Shown: in pieces, positions 1 to 13,087 of the stretch | Layout: each line of letters begins with the position of its first letter | Numbering within the stretch: the first letter of the stretch is position 1 | Origin: the human T2T-CHM13v2.0 reference genome, Homo sapiens | Direction: 5' to 3' (one strand) | Assembly: GCF_009914755.1 (NCBI RefSeq) | Contig: NC_060936.1 | DNA length: 64,000 bases | Notes under the pieces: generated by a model | What the model was told of the DNA's origin: nothing | The model's input: the letters and a program-made list of their open reading frames with translations, nothing else | The model's database searches: none | Program-made: the position numbers and the translations under genes

Positions 1-345
1 ACCCGATATTAAATTGGAATGTTTCACTTACTTAAATTCCCTTTAATGAAGATCTTTGTGCATCTTCTCATCTATATTAGTCCCTGATGATTATACCCCA
101 AGGATATTAAAATCTCAGTCTGTCAGAATCACCAGAAAATATCTTCAAATGTACACTTAGCAATCTTTGCAATCTGAGTTGGTAGTTCAAAGTATTTATT
201 ATCTGTAGCTAGGATGCTGCATTTGTCACTTTGCAAATGAGTTTTAAAGTAGTTGCCCAATTGCTGGCTTGAACTGGATGATTAAATCTTAAGAAAAGTT
301 AGGACAACATAGAAGAATTGTTGAAGATACTCAAAACTGTCAAGG

Positions 346-626
346 GGCTGGATGTGGTGGCTCGTGCCTATAATCCCAGCACTTTGGGAGGCCCAATGCA
401 GGAGAATTGCTTGAGTCCAGAAGTTCAAGACCAGCCTGGGCAACTTGGTGAAACCCCATCTCTACAAAAAAAATTACAAAAATCAGCAGGGTGTAGTGGC
501 ACATACCTGTAATCCCAGCTACTTGTGAGGCTGAGGCAGGAGGATTGCTTGAGCTAGGAAGGCTGAGGCTGCAGTGGCCAGAGATTGCGCACCACACTCC
601 GGACTGGGTGACAGAGTGACCCATGT
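346..626 (+). mobile_element. AluJ SINE, poly(A) tail missing
   Basis: GGCTGGATGTGGTGGCTC start, two arms with A-rich linker, J-type GGATTGCTTGAG / GGCTGCAGTG; ends at GACCCATGT with no A tail. Confidence 0.93.
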
Positions 627-1106
627 AAATTGGCAAGGTAAAAGCTGGTGTCAGAATAGCTATGGAAACACAAATGAAAGTTGAAAAAAGCCCATAGAAA
701 ATAAGATGTTTGAGAGAATGCTGAAAGGAATGGAAATATTTGGTTGAATATATACATTTCCTTTATCTGAATTTGTCTGGATTCATTTCATGTAACCTAC
801 AAACTGATCATTCATTATAAGCTATAATCTCCAGCCAAAAAATAACCAAAATATGTAAATAGTATTTAAATAAAATACCATTAACTCAATTTTCAGTCTT
901 TTATCACTTCATGGTTCACCTTCTTCATGAAACTGTTCTTAATTTATCTGATAAAGGAATTCTGAAAAAAATGATGTACCCCTTCACCAATGTATTTGGT
1001 TGAAAATTAACATTTTCATCATAACTTTCATGGTTGCAAAGGATCTAATTTTTAGCATGTTAGAAGTATTAACATTTTTGATATAACTATTACCTCATTC
1101 ATTTAA

Positions 1107-1799
<693 letters not shown>

Positions 1800-1854
1800 A
1801 GATTACAATTATTTAATACCCACTGATATCCATTTTTATTACATGAATAAATTC

Positions 1855-2830
1855 TTTTTATGGTGGTAAAATACATAACATAAAATTTATTATTTTGCCA
1901 TTTTTAAGTTTAAAGTTAAATTGCATCAAGTACATTCACATTGTTGTGCAATCTTCACCACCATCCGTCTCCAAAATGTTTTCATCATCTCAATCTGAAA
2001 CTTTGTACCCATTAAACAATAACTCCCCATTCCACCTCCTTCCAGCCATTGGTAATCACCATTCCACTTCCTGTCTTTATGAATTTGACAATTCCAGACA
2101 TCTCATGTAAGTAGAATCATACAATATTTGTTTTTCTGTGGCTGGCTTACTTCACTTAAGGTAATGTCTTCCAGGTTCATCTATGTTGCAGCATGTGTCA
2201 GATTTTCCTCCATTTTTAAGCCTGAATGATTTTAATGCAAATGAATGATTTTACAATGCGATTCTAGGTATTCAGCCTTTCAATTCATACAATGACATTG
2301 TATGTATATACATTTTATTTATCATTTATGGATAGACATTTAGGTGGTTTTCGCCTTTTGGCTATTGTGAATAATGCTATAAACATTGGTGTGCAAATAC
2401 CTGTTCAAGGCCAGGCACAGTGGCTCATGCCTGTAATCCCAGACATTGGGAGGCCAAGGCAGGCAGATCACCTGAGGTCAGGAGTTTGAGACTAGCCTGG
2501 CCAACATGGTGAAACCCCGTCTGTACTAAAAATACAAAAATTAGCCATGCATGGTGGCAAGGTAATCCCAGCAACTCAGGAGGCTGAGGCAGGAGAATTG
2601 CTTGAACCCGGGAGGAAAGGTTGCAGTGAGCCGAGACTGCGCCACTGCACTGCAGCCTGGGTGACAGAGTGAGACTCAGTCAAAAAAAGAAAAAAAACAA
2701 AAAACAACAACCAAAAAAAACCTGTTCAAGTCCTTGCTTTTGATTATTTTGGCTACATGTCCTGAAGTGAAATTGCTGGGTCATATTGTTATAGTACATT
2801 TAAGTTTTTAGAAACCTCCACACTGTTTTT
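1855..2830 (-). mobile_element. L1MB-type LINE-1 3' end, split by AluS
   Basis: AAGTACATTCACATTGTTGTGCAA, TTGTACCCATTAAACAATAACTCCCCATT, TGGCTATTGTGAATAATGCT are typical antisense L1M 3' motifs. Confidence 0.88.
2409..2720 (+). mobile_element. AluS
   Basis: GATCACCTGAGGTCAGGAG; target-site duplication ACCTGTTCAAG on both sides. Confidence 0.96.
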
Positions 2831-3210
2831 TTTTAACTCTTCTTTAACAGCTATATTCATTCCACTACTCTAACAAGAATTTTAACCTAACATAAAAATA
2901 TTTATTGTTTATAATCCCATCATAACTCTACAATAATTAATATAAATTAAAATGAAAATTTTATGTTATCATAAGGATCTAGAAGTTAAAATTTTTTCTA
3001 GATTCAGTTATCATTCAATAGCAGTACACAGTTAATCAAAACAACATAAATGCCTTATACATTTTATAAATATTAAACCAAAAAAGTACAGTTTTAATAG
3101 AAGGGTTCTCTAAATGAGATGCACTGGGCTATGTTCTTTCTTTTTCCAATTAGTTTATGAAACCTCTGTATGAATATTCTATTCTTTCAATAGATAAATG
3201 GATGAACAGA

Positions 3211-3235
3211 TAGATGGATAGATAGATAGATAGAT

Positions 3236-3273
<38 letters not shown>
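3211..3273. repeat. Compound (TAGA)n microsatellite: TAGA TGGA [TAGA]4 TGA [TAGA]9
   Basis: Counted directly. Confidence 0.97.
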
Positions 3274-3278
<5 letters not shown>

Positions 3279-3350
3279 AATAGAATTGCTGAGAAATTTC
3301 AATCACAATAATTGCCCATAGAACCTTCCCCCGTTACCCTTTACAAGAGA

Positions 3351-3774
3351 CAATATGGAACCTAATAAACTCTCAGTGGTGAATCACAGTCAGCACACTT
3401 ACTATATCAATTAATACCCCTGGTGCCTCAGTCTCTCCCACGCTCAAGCCATCCTTACCTTACCAAGCCATGCCCATTCCAGCAGATGCAGTCCAGTTCC
3501 AGTACCTCCCCCTCACTGTAATGCATAAAGGCTCTGACTTTTCTAACAACCGCCCAAAGGGGCTGTGTACATAATCCAGAAGTGTATGCGGTTAAGCCTC
3601 ATAGAATATGGGCTCCTAACCATACCCTGCCTTTCACTTTCATTGGAAAGAGAACAGGCAATATGGAGCCTAATAAACTCTCAGTGGAGATTCCCAGCCA
3701 GTACACTTACCATATCAATTAACAATGAATAATTACTGTTCACTTTCACTGGAAAGGCAGGATATGGTCAGGAG
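3351..3774. repeat. Local cluster of direct (64 bp, 18 bp) and inverted (23 bp) repeats
   Basis: 3351-3414 vs 3659-3722 (57/64); 3633-3650 vs 3739-3756 (17/18); 3613-3635 inverted vs 3752-3774 (21/23). Confidence 0.9.
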
Positions 3775-5324
3775 ATCATAAATAAATTCCTTGCCCTTCC
3801 TCTTCCAAACAAACTTTTCTGAGACACAGTGATCCCAAACAGTCTCTCCAGAAATACAGAAATATCCCATGAAACTGAATAACCAACCAGGTTTAGACTG
3901 TGGCCAGTGTAATAATGCATCATCTTGTATTTGCTCCCATCCTTCACCACCTCACTTCACTTTGTACCTCACTCTCAATGATCTGGAATTCACCCATTCA
4001 CCCATCCAAATAAAATATTAGCAGCTGAGCTTTGTTTTGGCTTTGTATTTTTGAGAACTCAGACTAAGATATTCATAAAAATAAGTAGAAGAGAATGAAA
4101 GGAGTTCTCTTATAGCAATTTCACTCAATATTTTAAACTCCTTGCTAGATATTGGACAAAATAACACAGTAATATACCATCTAAACTCAGTTTCAACAAT
4201 TATTGGTGGACATTTCAAATAAGCTTTCATTCAATGCTTTTGAAAGCAAAGAATTAGTTGCCAACTTTTTTTACACTGTGTTATCAGCCATTGGAATATC
4301 CACTCTTCCAAAACCTACACCAGTATTTCAAATTATTCCTTTGCCTGACCTAAAAGTATATAAATCCAAGGGCAATGCCCCAAGCAATACATCATGGTAA
4401 GATCTGAATGTTTAAGAGGTTTAACTTTCTTTTGTAAATTGAGAAAAAGGAATCTGGAAGAAAGTGAGACTTTGCTCATATCCACCCAAGTCACTGATTA
4501 AGCAGCTGTTTCTTCCCATCCCCCTCAGCCCCTCCTTGGGCATCTGCTAGCTTCATGATGGTCAGACCTTGAATCTTTAAACTACCCTTACCTTTGATAG
4601 TGCTGACCTCACTCGAGGGCTGACATGGGAAAGCTCGTCCTTTCCCTTATGGTCTAATTTCTTAATTCCCTTCAACCACAACATGAGGTTTTGCATAACA
4701 AGTTTTAGGTACTGAGAACCTATAAGCAACCAGACAAATTGCAAAGCAATTTGATAAGCAGAAGATAAAAACTTAAAACTTCAGTGCTACCACCATCCTA
4801 AGAAAATGCAAATTTAAAAAGGCATAAAGCCAGAACTTTCCTCAGCTGCTGTAGTAGACACACTCATAACCCTGTCTCAAGAATCAACCTCCTCTCCTCC
4901 TCTCTGAAACATATCCACTCTTCATTTTTTTCCAGTGCACATCTCCATCCATTGCTGCACTTGGAAAATTCAATCTTCTACTCAGAGGAGATAGCCATGT
5001 TTCTCTCTGCCCAGGGGGCATTCTAAAGCAAAATAGCATTCAACCCTACCTTTCCCCAAGCCTAAGTTAATTAATTGAGAATAACATCATGAAAAGCTTC
5101 AGCTAAACAGTCCAAGTAGGCTTTGTTACCCCAAGTCTAGCACCATTCAAGATCTCTCTGCCACAGATGTTTATATTTATCCTCATTTTTCTTACAGCCT
5201 TGTGTCAGGTAAGTATTGAACAAAGTATGTGCAAGAACACACACACACAAGGGACCCATACCTCCTAAAGAAAAAAAACGCTATTGTCAGAAACAGTCCA
5301 GCCTAAATCCATATTAAAATAGTA

Positions 5325-5655
5325 TTTCTATTAAGGTAAGGATCAGCTGCATGTTACTGAAAATCCAAAGAAGTGGCTTGAACGAAATAGAGATGGATTT
5401 CTGGAGGTACCTGTCCTGAACTGTTACAGTTAGGACCCAGGCTCTTTCTAACTCTCCATTCCAGCTCCCCAAGATCTGCCCTTCATCTTCATAGTAACAA
5501 GATAGCTGCTTATGCTTCAGCCATCACATCCAAGATCCTAGCCATAGGATAAAGGCCTTCCCTTTGCAAAGAGATACCTGAGAAATTTCACATTACACTT
5601 CCATTTATATGACACTGGCCAAAATTTTCATGGACTTCCCTGCCCATAAAAGAAA
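5325..5655 (-). mobile_element. Old MaLR LTR (MLT1J/K/L-like)
   Basis: CAGCTGCATGTTACTGAAAATCCAAAGAAGTGGCTTGAAC, GACCCAGGCTCTTTC, CAAGATAGCTGC...CAGCCATCACATCC. Confidence 0.65.
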
Positions 5656-5897
5656 TCATGTTTTACATAATTATATGAATTATTATATCAATATTTGAGG
5701 CCCCTTCATAAAAATGGAACCCATCACAATGCCTTTCGCAGGAGAGTAGTACCTGATGGCCACTTTAAGTTACAACTAAGACTCACAGAAGCATTAATTT
5801 TTTAAAAAATTTTGATCCAAGTTAAATTCTAATGTTAGTCACCTTTATCTCATTGACATTTACAATCTGAAAGGAGACAATATAAAGATTCATTATG

Positions 5898-6226
<329 letters not shown>

Positions 6227-7132
6227 TCAGAGAGAAGGTAGGGGTGGAGAAGTTCATTTAAGGTTTACTCACATCTTGCCACCTCTTAATTTTGCTTATC
6301 CTTAAACTGTACATGTAGAATGAGCAGCAGCTTTTTTTTTCCACATTATATAGAATGCACTGCCAAGGTTTAACACCCAAATAAGAAAATAGTTATCAGG
6401 AAGATTGCAGACTGCTATGGATGGGAGTGGGAGAAAAGAGAAGTTGTAACAATGCAATAATGAGTCAATGACTTTGCAAAATGGGAGATGTTTTCAGTTA
6501 ATCATCAAACTGGAAGTTTTCTACTTCCCATCAAAAGCAAAAATTATCTATATAACCCCTGCTACTGATAAATCACAGGAAATAAGGTGAGAAATTCTTT
6601 TCAGGCCTGAGTAATCTACATCAGGCATTTTTCAAGAAGCTCACTGATGCAGTGTTCAGCATTTCAGTGTTGCATAGATCTGCACAGTAGCAAATTGGGA
6701 AATTCAGAAATAAAGTTAATAAACTTTCTATAGTTAAAATGTATGTTTTCAACAAATAAATATGGAGTTTCTGAGAATTTTGTGTCCATTTCAACCCAGA
6801 AGTGAGTTAAATTTGGACCAGCATGAAAAGAAAGAAGGTAACTGGCAGATGATTGGAAACCCATTAAAAATAAGAGAAAACTCAGGAAGAATTAGAATGC
6901 AGATACTTCTCTTAAACAAATGAAATAAAGTATGATTCATTTAGCAGGAAAAGATGAAAATTAATTTTAAAATAATATTATATCAACTTATATATTATTT
7001 TTACTTTATTGTGTGCAAATGAGTTTGTAAGACAATATTTAAAATATTGTATGTAACCCATATTTCTCCAGGTCACACAAATCTGGCAAGTATAAACTGG
7101 TTCATATAAACAGCACAGTGGTGAAAAGAACA

Positions 7133-8500
7133 GTCTGTGGACAAGAAGGCTATCTGACCAACAAAACAGAATAGAGTCCAAAACAAACTTACACTTATAA
7201 GGTTATCTGATTTATAACAAAAGTGACACTGCAGTGCTATGGGGAAAAGATGGGCCTTTCAATGAATGGTACTGGACCAATTGAATATTCATATGGAAAA
7301 AAATGTACCTTTACTCCCAACTTTACACCATGCATCCATATCAGGTCCAGATAGATTACAGAAAAAAACGTAAAAAGTAAACAGAAGAAAATACCTTCAT
7401 GACCTTGGGGTAGTCAGAAACTTCTGAAAGAGACCGCAAAAAGTGCTAGCCATAAAAAAAAAAAAATAGATAAACTAAACTGTGTTAAAGTTTCAGTACA
7501 GTTCCATTCTTCATAGAGTCTTCATAGGGCACCATAAGAAAATGAAAGACAATCCAAAGAAGGGGAGAATATATTCACAATACATATCCAACAAAGGATT
7601 CACATCCACAATTTACAGGTAACTCTTGCACAGCAGTAACAAGAAGAGATAACACAATAGGAAAAAGAACAAAAGACTAGATCGGAATCTTCACAAAAGA
7701 GACTATAGAATCACCAAAAAACATATGAAAATGTACAGGGAAAAGAAAATTAAAATCAACTACAACATGATATCTACTGTTCCACATCCACCAAAATGTC
7801 TATAATGAAAAAGACAGAAAATACCAAGCGCTAACAAGAATGTGAAACAACCATTGCTTCCACACACTGCGGGTGGGAGAGTAAATTGGTTCAACCACTT
7901 TGGAAAACTGGTTGCCAGCACCTACTGAAGATGAACATAAACATATATGTGCTGTATATGACACAGCAATTCCACTCCTAGGTAAATGCCCAACAGAAAT
8001 GTATAGTCACATTTACCAAAAGGTATACAGTAGGATATTCATAGCAGTACTATCATCAATGTCCAAACCTGAAAACTACCCAAATGCCCACCAATGGTAT
8101 AATGAACAGAGTATATTCAAACAAGAAAACACTATAGCAACAGGAGTGAACCAACTAAAACAGCATGGATGTCATTGCAACATGCAAGAACATGAGTGAT
8201 TTTCAGTGCTGAATAAAAGAAGCCAGACATAGAGGAGAATATTGTAAAATTCCATTTATATGAAGTACAAAAACTGTCAAACTACCTTATGCAATTACAA
8301 GTCAAGAGAGCAGTTGCCCTTATCAGGGATGGTGACTAGAAACGGGCATAAGAGGGCTCCCAGGATGCTGGTAATGATCTGTTTCTTCATCTAGGTGCTG
8401 ATTACAAATGGTATTCAGTTTATGAAAGTGTATCAACCTGTACACTTAGGACATGTATACTTTTCTATATGTATATTACTCACTAATAAACAATTTCTCT
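7133..8500 (+). mobile_element. L1ME-type LINE-1 3' portion (decayed ORF2 end plus 3' UTR)
   Basis: ORF 7900-8199 carries YDTAIPLLGKCPTEM (ORF2 C-terminus); GCAATTCCACTCCTAGGT; ends near AATAAA at about 8485. Confidence 0.85.
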
Positions 8501-8647
8501 AAAAGAGCACATTATGGTCTTAGATTCCCTGAGTTCACACTTGCTAGCTGTGTGATTTTGAGCAAATTACTTAATCTTAGAATTTCATGCTGGTAAAATG
8601 GGAATAAAAGTAGTGCCTACTTCACAGAACTGTAGAGAAGATTAAAA
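8501..8647 (+). mobile_element. MIR (probable 5' head displaced to 7111-7132 by the L1ME)
   Basis: CTAGCTGTGTGATTTTGAGCAAATTACTTAA, GTAAAATGGGAATAAAAGTAGTGCCTACTTCA. Confidence 0.8.
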
Positions 8648-10284
8648 CTCCACCATAATGTAATAAGTAGGGTCCCCAAATTTCAACTGGGCATATAAAT
8701 ATAAGTCATGTTGAAAGGGTACTCAAATGATAGGGCCAGCCTGTGCAACTAGCTGGCTGCAAATACTAAGAGTCCAGCTATGAAACTCAAATCCACCTCT
8801 ATCCTAGCTACAGCTTGTTAGCACTTGATGGCAAATGTCTTCTCTGGTTTCTATATTAACAGAGATAATTCTGAGTTCTATGTATAACCAAGATTTCCAA
8901 GACAAAGAGTTAACTGGTACCCATTTTGTCATTTGTGGAGAAACTAGGCTGGAAGAGTACTTGGGTCTCTGCCTTCCAGCTTCCTGAGCCAAGGTTGTCT
9001 TCCATTTCCTAACCTAGCATTAGCCTCTCCTCCACTTTCCCTCTTTCCCTGAAGAGGAAAAGAACTTTAGCCTACCCTCATTTGAGAACACAAGCTAGCC
9101 AGAAGACAGGAGAGAAATATCAACCCCTAATATTTTAGTTTGCATCTTGGCAGATGGGAAGTTATAAAACACATAGGTCACTTGGGTGAATGACAAGCAC
9201 TCAATAAAGCAGTAGCCATTTTCCCCCATCTGACTGTTGACCCATCCACCTTACAAGACCTCCAACGCTCCTCAAGGTCTTTCCCAGCTATTTCCTGTAG
9301 TTCCCAGAAGATATGCGGGATTTGCTGCCATGTGCTGGCTCTCATCACCCCCTGAAACACAGGACTAGGAAACACAGGAGCATCCCTGTCTTCCAGAGTC
9401 CTCAAAATACCACAGCCAGGCTGTCTTCCATACGAAAGAAAGGAGAATGCCTCTCTTCCTCTTCTGGATTTTAAAAGAGAACCAAAGGAATCCTGCCCTG
9501 AAAAACACTGCCTTACAGAGCTTCTTGTGGGGGAAGGGAGCCTCTAAAATCTTGGGTTATTTGGGGAACTTTTTGTTTTATGATATTTTCTTCCTTTGTA
9601 TGTATAATAGAACCACTCTGTCACACAAGAGGCCATGGGGACTGGACTACCATACTGTATGGCTCTCAGCCCCTCCTCTCAGGCCACTGACAGCTTGTAT
9701 TAGGCTCATCCTGACTGTTCCTTTCCTTACAACGATCTCAGTTCCCACTGCAAACACTCCTGGCAAGCTTACCGCTCTAGCCCATTAGACAAACCAAGAT
9801 ATGCCTGATTCCCAAGAATAAACACTCTTGTGCTCAAAGAGGAACTCCCCCCAAAACATTTCATTATACACTATTGGCTTTATAAAAATGAGAGCTTAAA
9901 GAACATTTCATACGTCTCTAAAGCTGGATGTCCTAACCAGGTGGATCCAATGGACAAATTGGATGAAGATTCTGGAGCCCAGAATAGGCTGCAGCACTCA
10001 GCAAATTTATGGTAATGGACATGACAAGGCCACATCTTCCAGATGCATGACACATTTTCACAGAATCCACCCAACTCCCAGGCACCTACCATAACGCCAC
10101 TCCCTCTCTCATCCTCAAGAAAACATGTTAGAATGTGTGCAAGTATAAATGATGTTCAATTACGCATATAACCTTGACTGTCCTCTAACCTACAAAAGCA
10201 GTAAAACATTCATAAGTGCTAGTTTCTACACACCACACCACCAGAGCTTTTGGTCCTGTGATCCTGTGAACCACTACCTGAACA

Positions 10285-10700
10285 AGACTGAATTCATTAA
10301 GATTCATCAACTTACAAAGAAAAATGTCCAAATCAAACTAACTTGGAAAGAAAAGAGAATTTGTCCAAGGTATATGAGAAAGTCTTGTAGGACACAGGAA
10401 GGGTGGGGTAAAGCTGAGCCTCAGAGACAACTCGAAAGCTGCCTGGGCTCTTGCTGTCTTTGTTTTTCAGGTCTGCTCCCATCTCTCCTGGAGACTAGCT
10501 TCCTCCACATTGTAGAAAGCACAGCCACCCAAGCTCCTGTGGCTCTCACAGCCAGAGAGGGGCTCCCCTTGGTGACCACCACATGAAAATTCACAGAAGT
10601 GCAAAGACTGGCAGCATTTCTTTCAGATGCCTACACCCAAAACCAATCAGCAAGGGCCACAGGGCCTGGGTTCCAGGGACAGACAACCTTGCAAACCAGG
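10285..10700 (-). mobile_element. Old MaLR LTR (MLT1K/L/N-like)
   Basis: CCAAATCAAACTAACTTGGAAAGAAAAGAGAATTT and AAACCAATCAGCAAGGGCCACAGGG resemble antisense MLT1K. Confidence 0.5.
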
Positions 10701-11194
10701 GCCCATCCAGAGAAGGGGAAATCGTTGATGTATCTATTACAAAGATACATTTCCTTCTGGATGTGGCATTGGTTCTATTCTGATTATGGTAGTTACTGAA
10801 TGCAGGGGGTGAAACTAACAGAATTAGTCACAAAAAAAGCCAAAATCAGAGCCTAAGAAGGAGAGACCAATAAGTGGTTTTCTCAGTTAAAAATAGCCCG
10901 ACGTTAGGTTTAAATCAGAGTTGGATTGAATATCACAGCAGTCTGAAAGTGAGTGAAAGGAAGTTGTTTGTGACAGTCTGATGGCTCCCCATGATAAGGC
11001 ACTGATCCCCATCTTTAATAATAACCAATAATAAGCACACTGCACGACTCTCTTCTATTTCTAATATTATGGGTAAAATTGTGCAGGCCAAATCAAATGC
11101 AATTACTGCTTAAGGCGGAATGGATGAAAACCCACAGCTCCTACACATTAAAAAGATTCAGTGGGTGAAAGACCTAAAGAAGAAAGATGTAATA

Positions 11195-11280
11195 ATGTTT
11201 TTTATGATTATTACTTTCATTGTTATTATTTTGGTTTGTGTTATTATAATTATTATTATGATAATTACTTTTTTATTGAT
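11195..11280. repeat. Degenerate (ATT)n low-complexity tract
   Basis: ATTATAATTATTATTATGATAATT; produces the Ile-rich ORFs on both strands. Confidence 0.8.
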
Positions 11281-13087
11281 ACTTCTCCTTATGTTTATCT
11301 TGAGACGGAAACAATAACTGCCCAGCTCTCCTTGTAAAAGTGCCAAGGGAGTAGTTGGAAGTAATGATGAAAAAGGCTTTTTCTTTTATATTAGTCCTGC
11401 TATAAAAGGAGTGGTTACTCTTTCTACAAAGGTAGCCCATGTCACATAAAATAAAGTCATATTTCTTCCAAAGCTGTTCATTCAAATCTGGAAGTAACTT
11501 CTTCTTCCTTATGAAATGGCATACTTGAGTGAGTATCTATCAAACCTTCTGAACCAGCCTTTCTCATACAATATGTGGAGTTGATAAAGAGGGCATGGCT
11601 CAAGTCTTTATGTCTGGGTCTCATTTTCTCCTATGTTCCAGGGCACCATTGACTCTGTTGATTAAATAAGAGCTCACATCACTGGGTCTCCTGTGATCAG
11701 TGTTTTTCGGGAGCAGAACAGGGATTAATTGATCTTTTGTCTCTGAATAATATTATTTGATGGAAATTTAATAGAAACTGGTAGATTTTAATATTACCAG
11801 GAAGCCATGGAGAACTTGACATTTTAATTTGTTTCTGAATCGTTCATATAGCGGAAAAGCCAGGAATATACATATGTTAATAAGCTTTCTGACAGAGCAA
11901 TGAAGGGGAGAAGGGAAGAAAGAACTGCAGGAATTATTCATCCTTAGGAGGCTCAGCAAGAAATGAGCTTGAGCTGTGTGGAGAGTTTTTTTTTTGCCAG
12001 CTGGGAATAAATAAGCATATGACTCTGAGGGATTATTCCACTAAGATCCTAAATTTAAGGCTATGCATACCCACAGGATATTAGGGGACTTAGCGAAGTT
12101 TCTTGATTCCTTCTCCTTTCCCCAGCTAGGGTGTCAGCTGCTACCTGCACAGGCCTAGACAGTGGATGAAGTTAGTGCTTAGACCTCCTGCATCCTCATC
12201 AACTCACACCCATCTTCTGTAGCATTTTTTTCCTCCTTAGATCTCAAGAATTTTTCAATGCCCAGTACCTCCAGTCAAGAAGGAAGTCACCCTCTCTTTA
12301 AGGCAGCAGTGCCTGAATGTGTTACCTCTGAAGCATGTGTGCTCTCAATGGGAGAAGATTGTGTTTAATTATCAAAACTGACATAGTAATGGATTCTTCC
12401 ACATGGTTTCTGCCTAACATCTGACAGGTTCTACCACATAGGACACTGTATCCACAAACCTGCCATAGAGTGTACTGTTTAGAAAATGCTAGCTTTTAAT
12501 CTGAATTTTTAATAAAAAAGTAGATTTTTCCTAAAATCCCTTTTATTCAGAACATACATATAAGCCCTCCTTAAGTAACCTTCATAATTCACTTATTAGA
12601 AAGATTTGCTTTACAATTCTTGAGTGAGAGTTAACAGGGTTCATTCAAATGAGGATTTAATTTTTGAAAAATTAGTGTACACACAACTTTTCAAGAAAAA
12701 ACTCTCACATATATAGAGAGGTTTGACAAACATGCATGCAAGCCCCCAACTGTTAAACAGAAATAGATGAAAAATGGACAATTAGGCCACATCCGTTTAA
12801 GATGCTTCCATCATGAAAACTAATAAACCATTGATGTCATCTCTGGCTTTATGAGGTCTTTACATCTGGGACAGCCTTTGCAGATTGTAATTAATCATCA
12901 TACATCACCAAACGCCACTGACTACCTAGAAGATGAGCCCTCTGCAACCCTCATGATTTTCCCACATTTGCTTATCTGCAGATTCATTTGTCCTTCAGAT
13001 TACGGCACGGTAGAGTGAGTGAGTCTGTATGTCAAGTTACTTTCCCTTCAATTTTGCCTTTTTGTTTGAATTTACATTAGCCAAACA

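Noticed and set aside
11120-11346. Transmembrane-like Ile-rich ORFs on both strands
   Set aside because: By-product of the (ATT)n low-complexity tract
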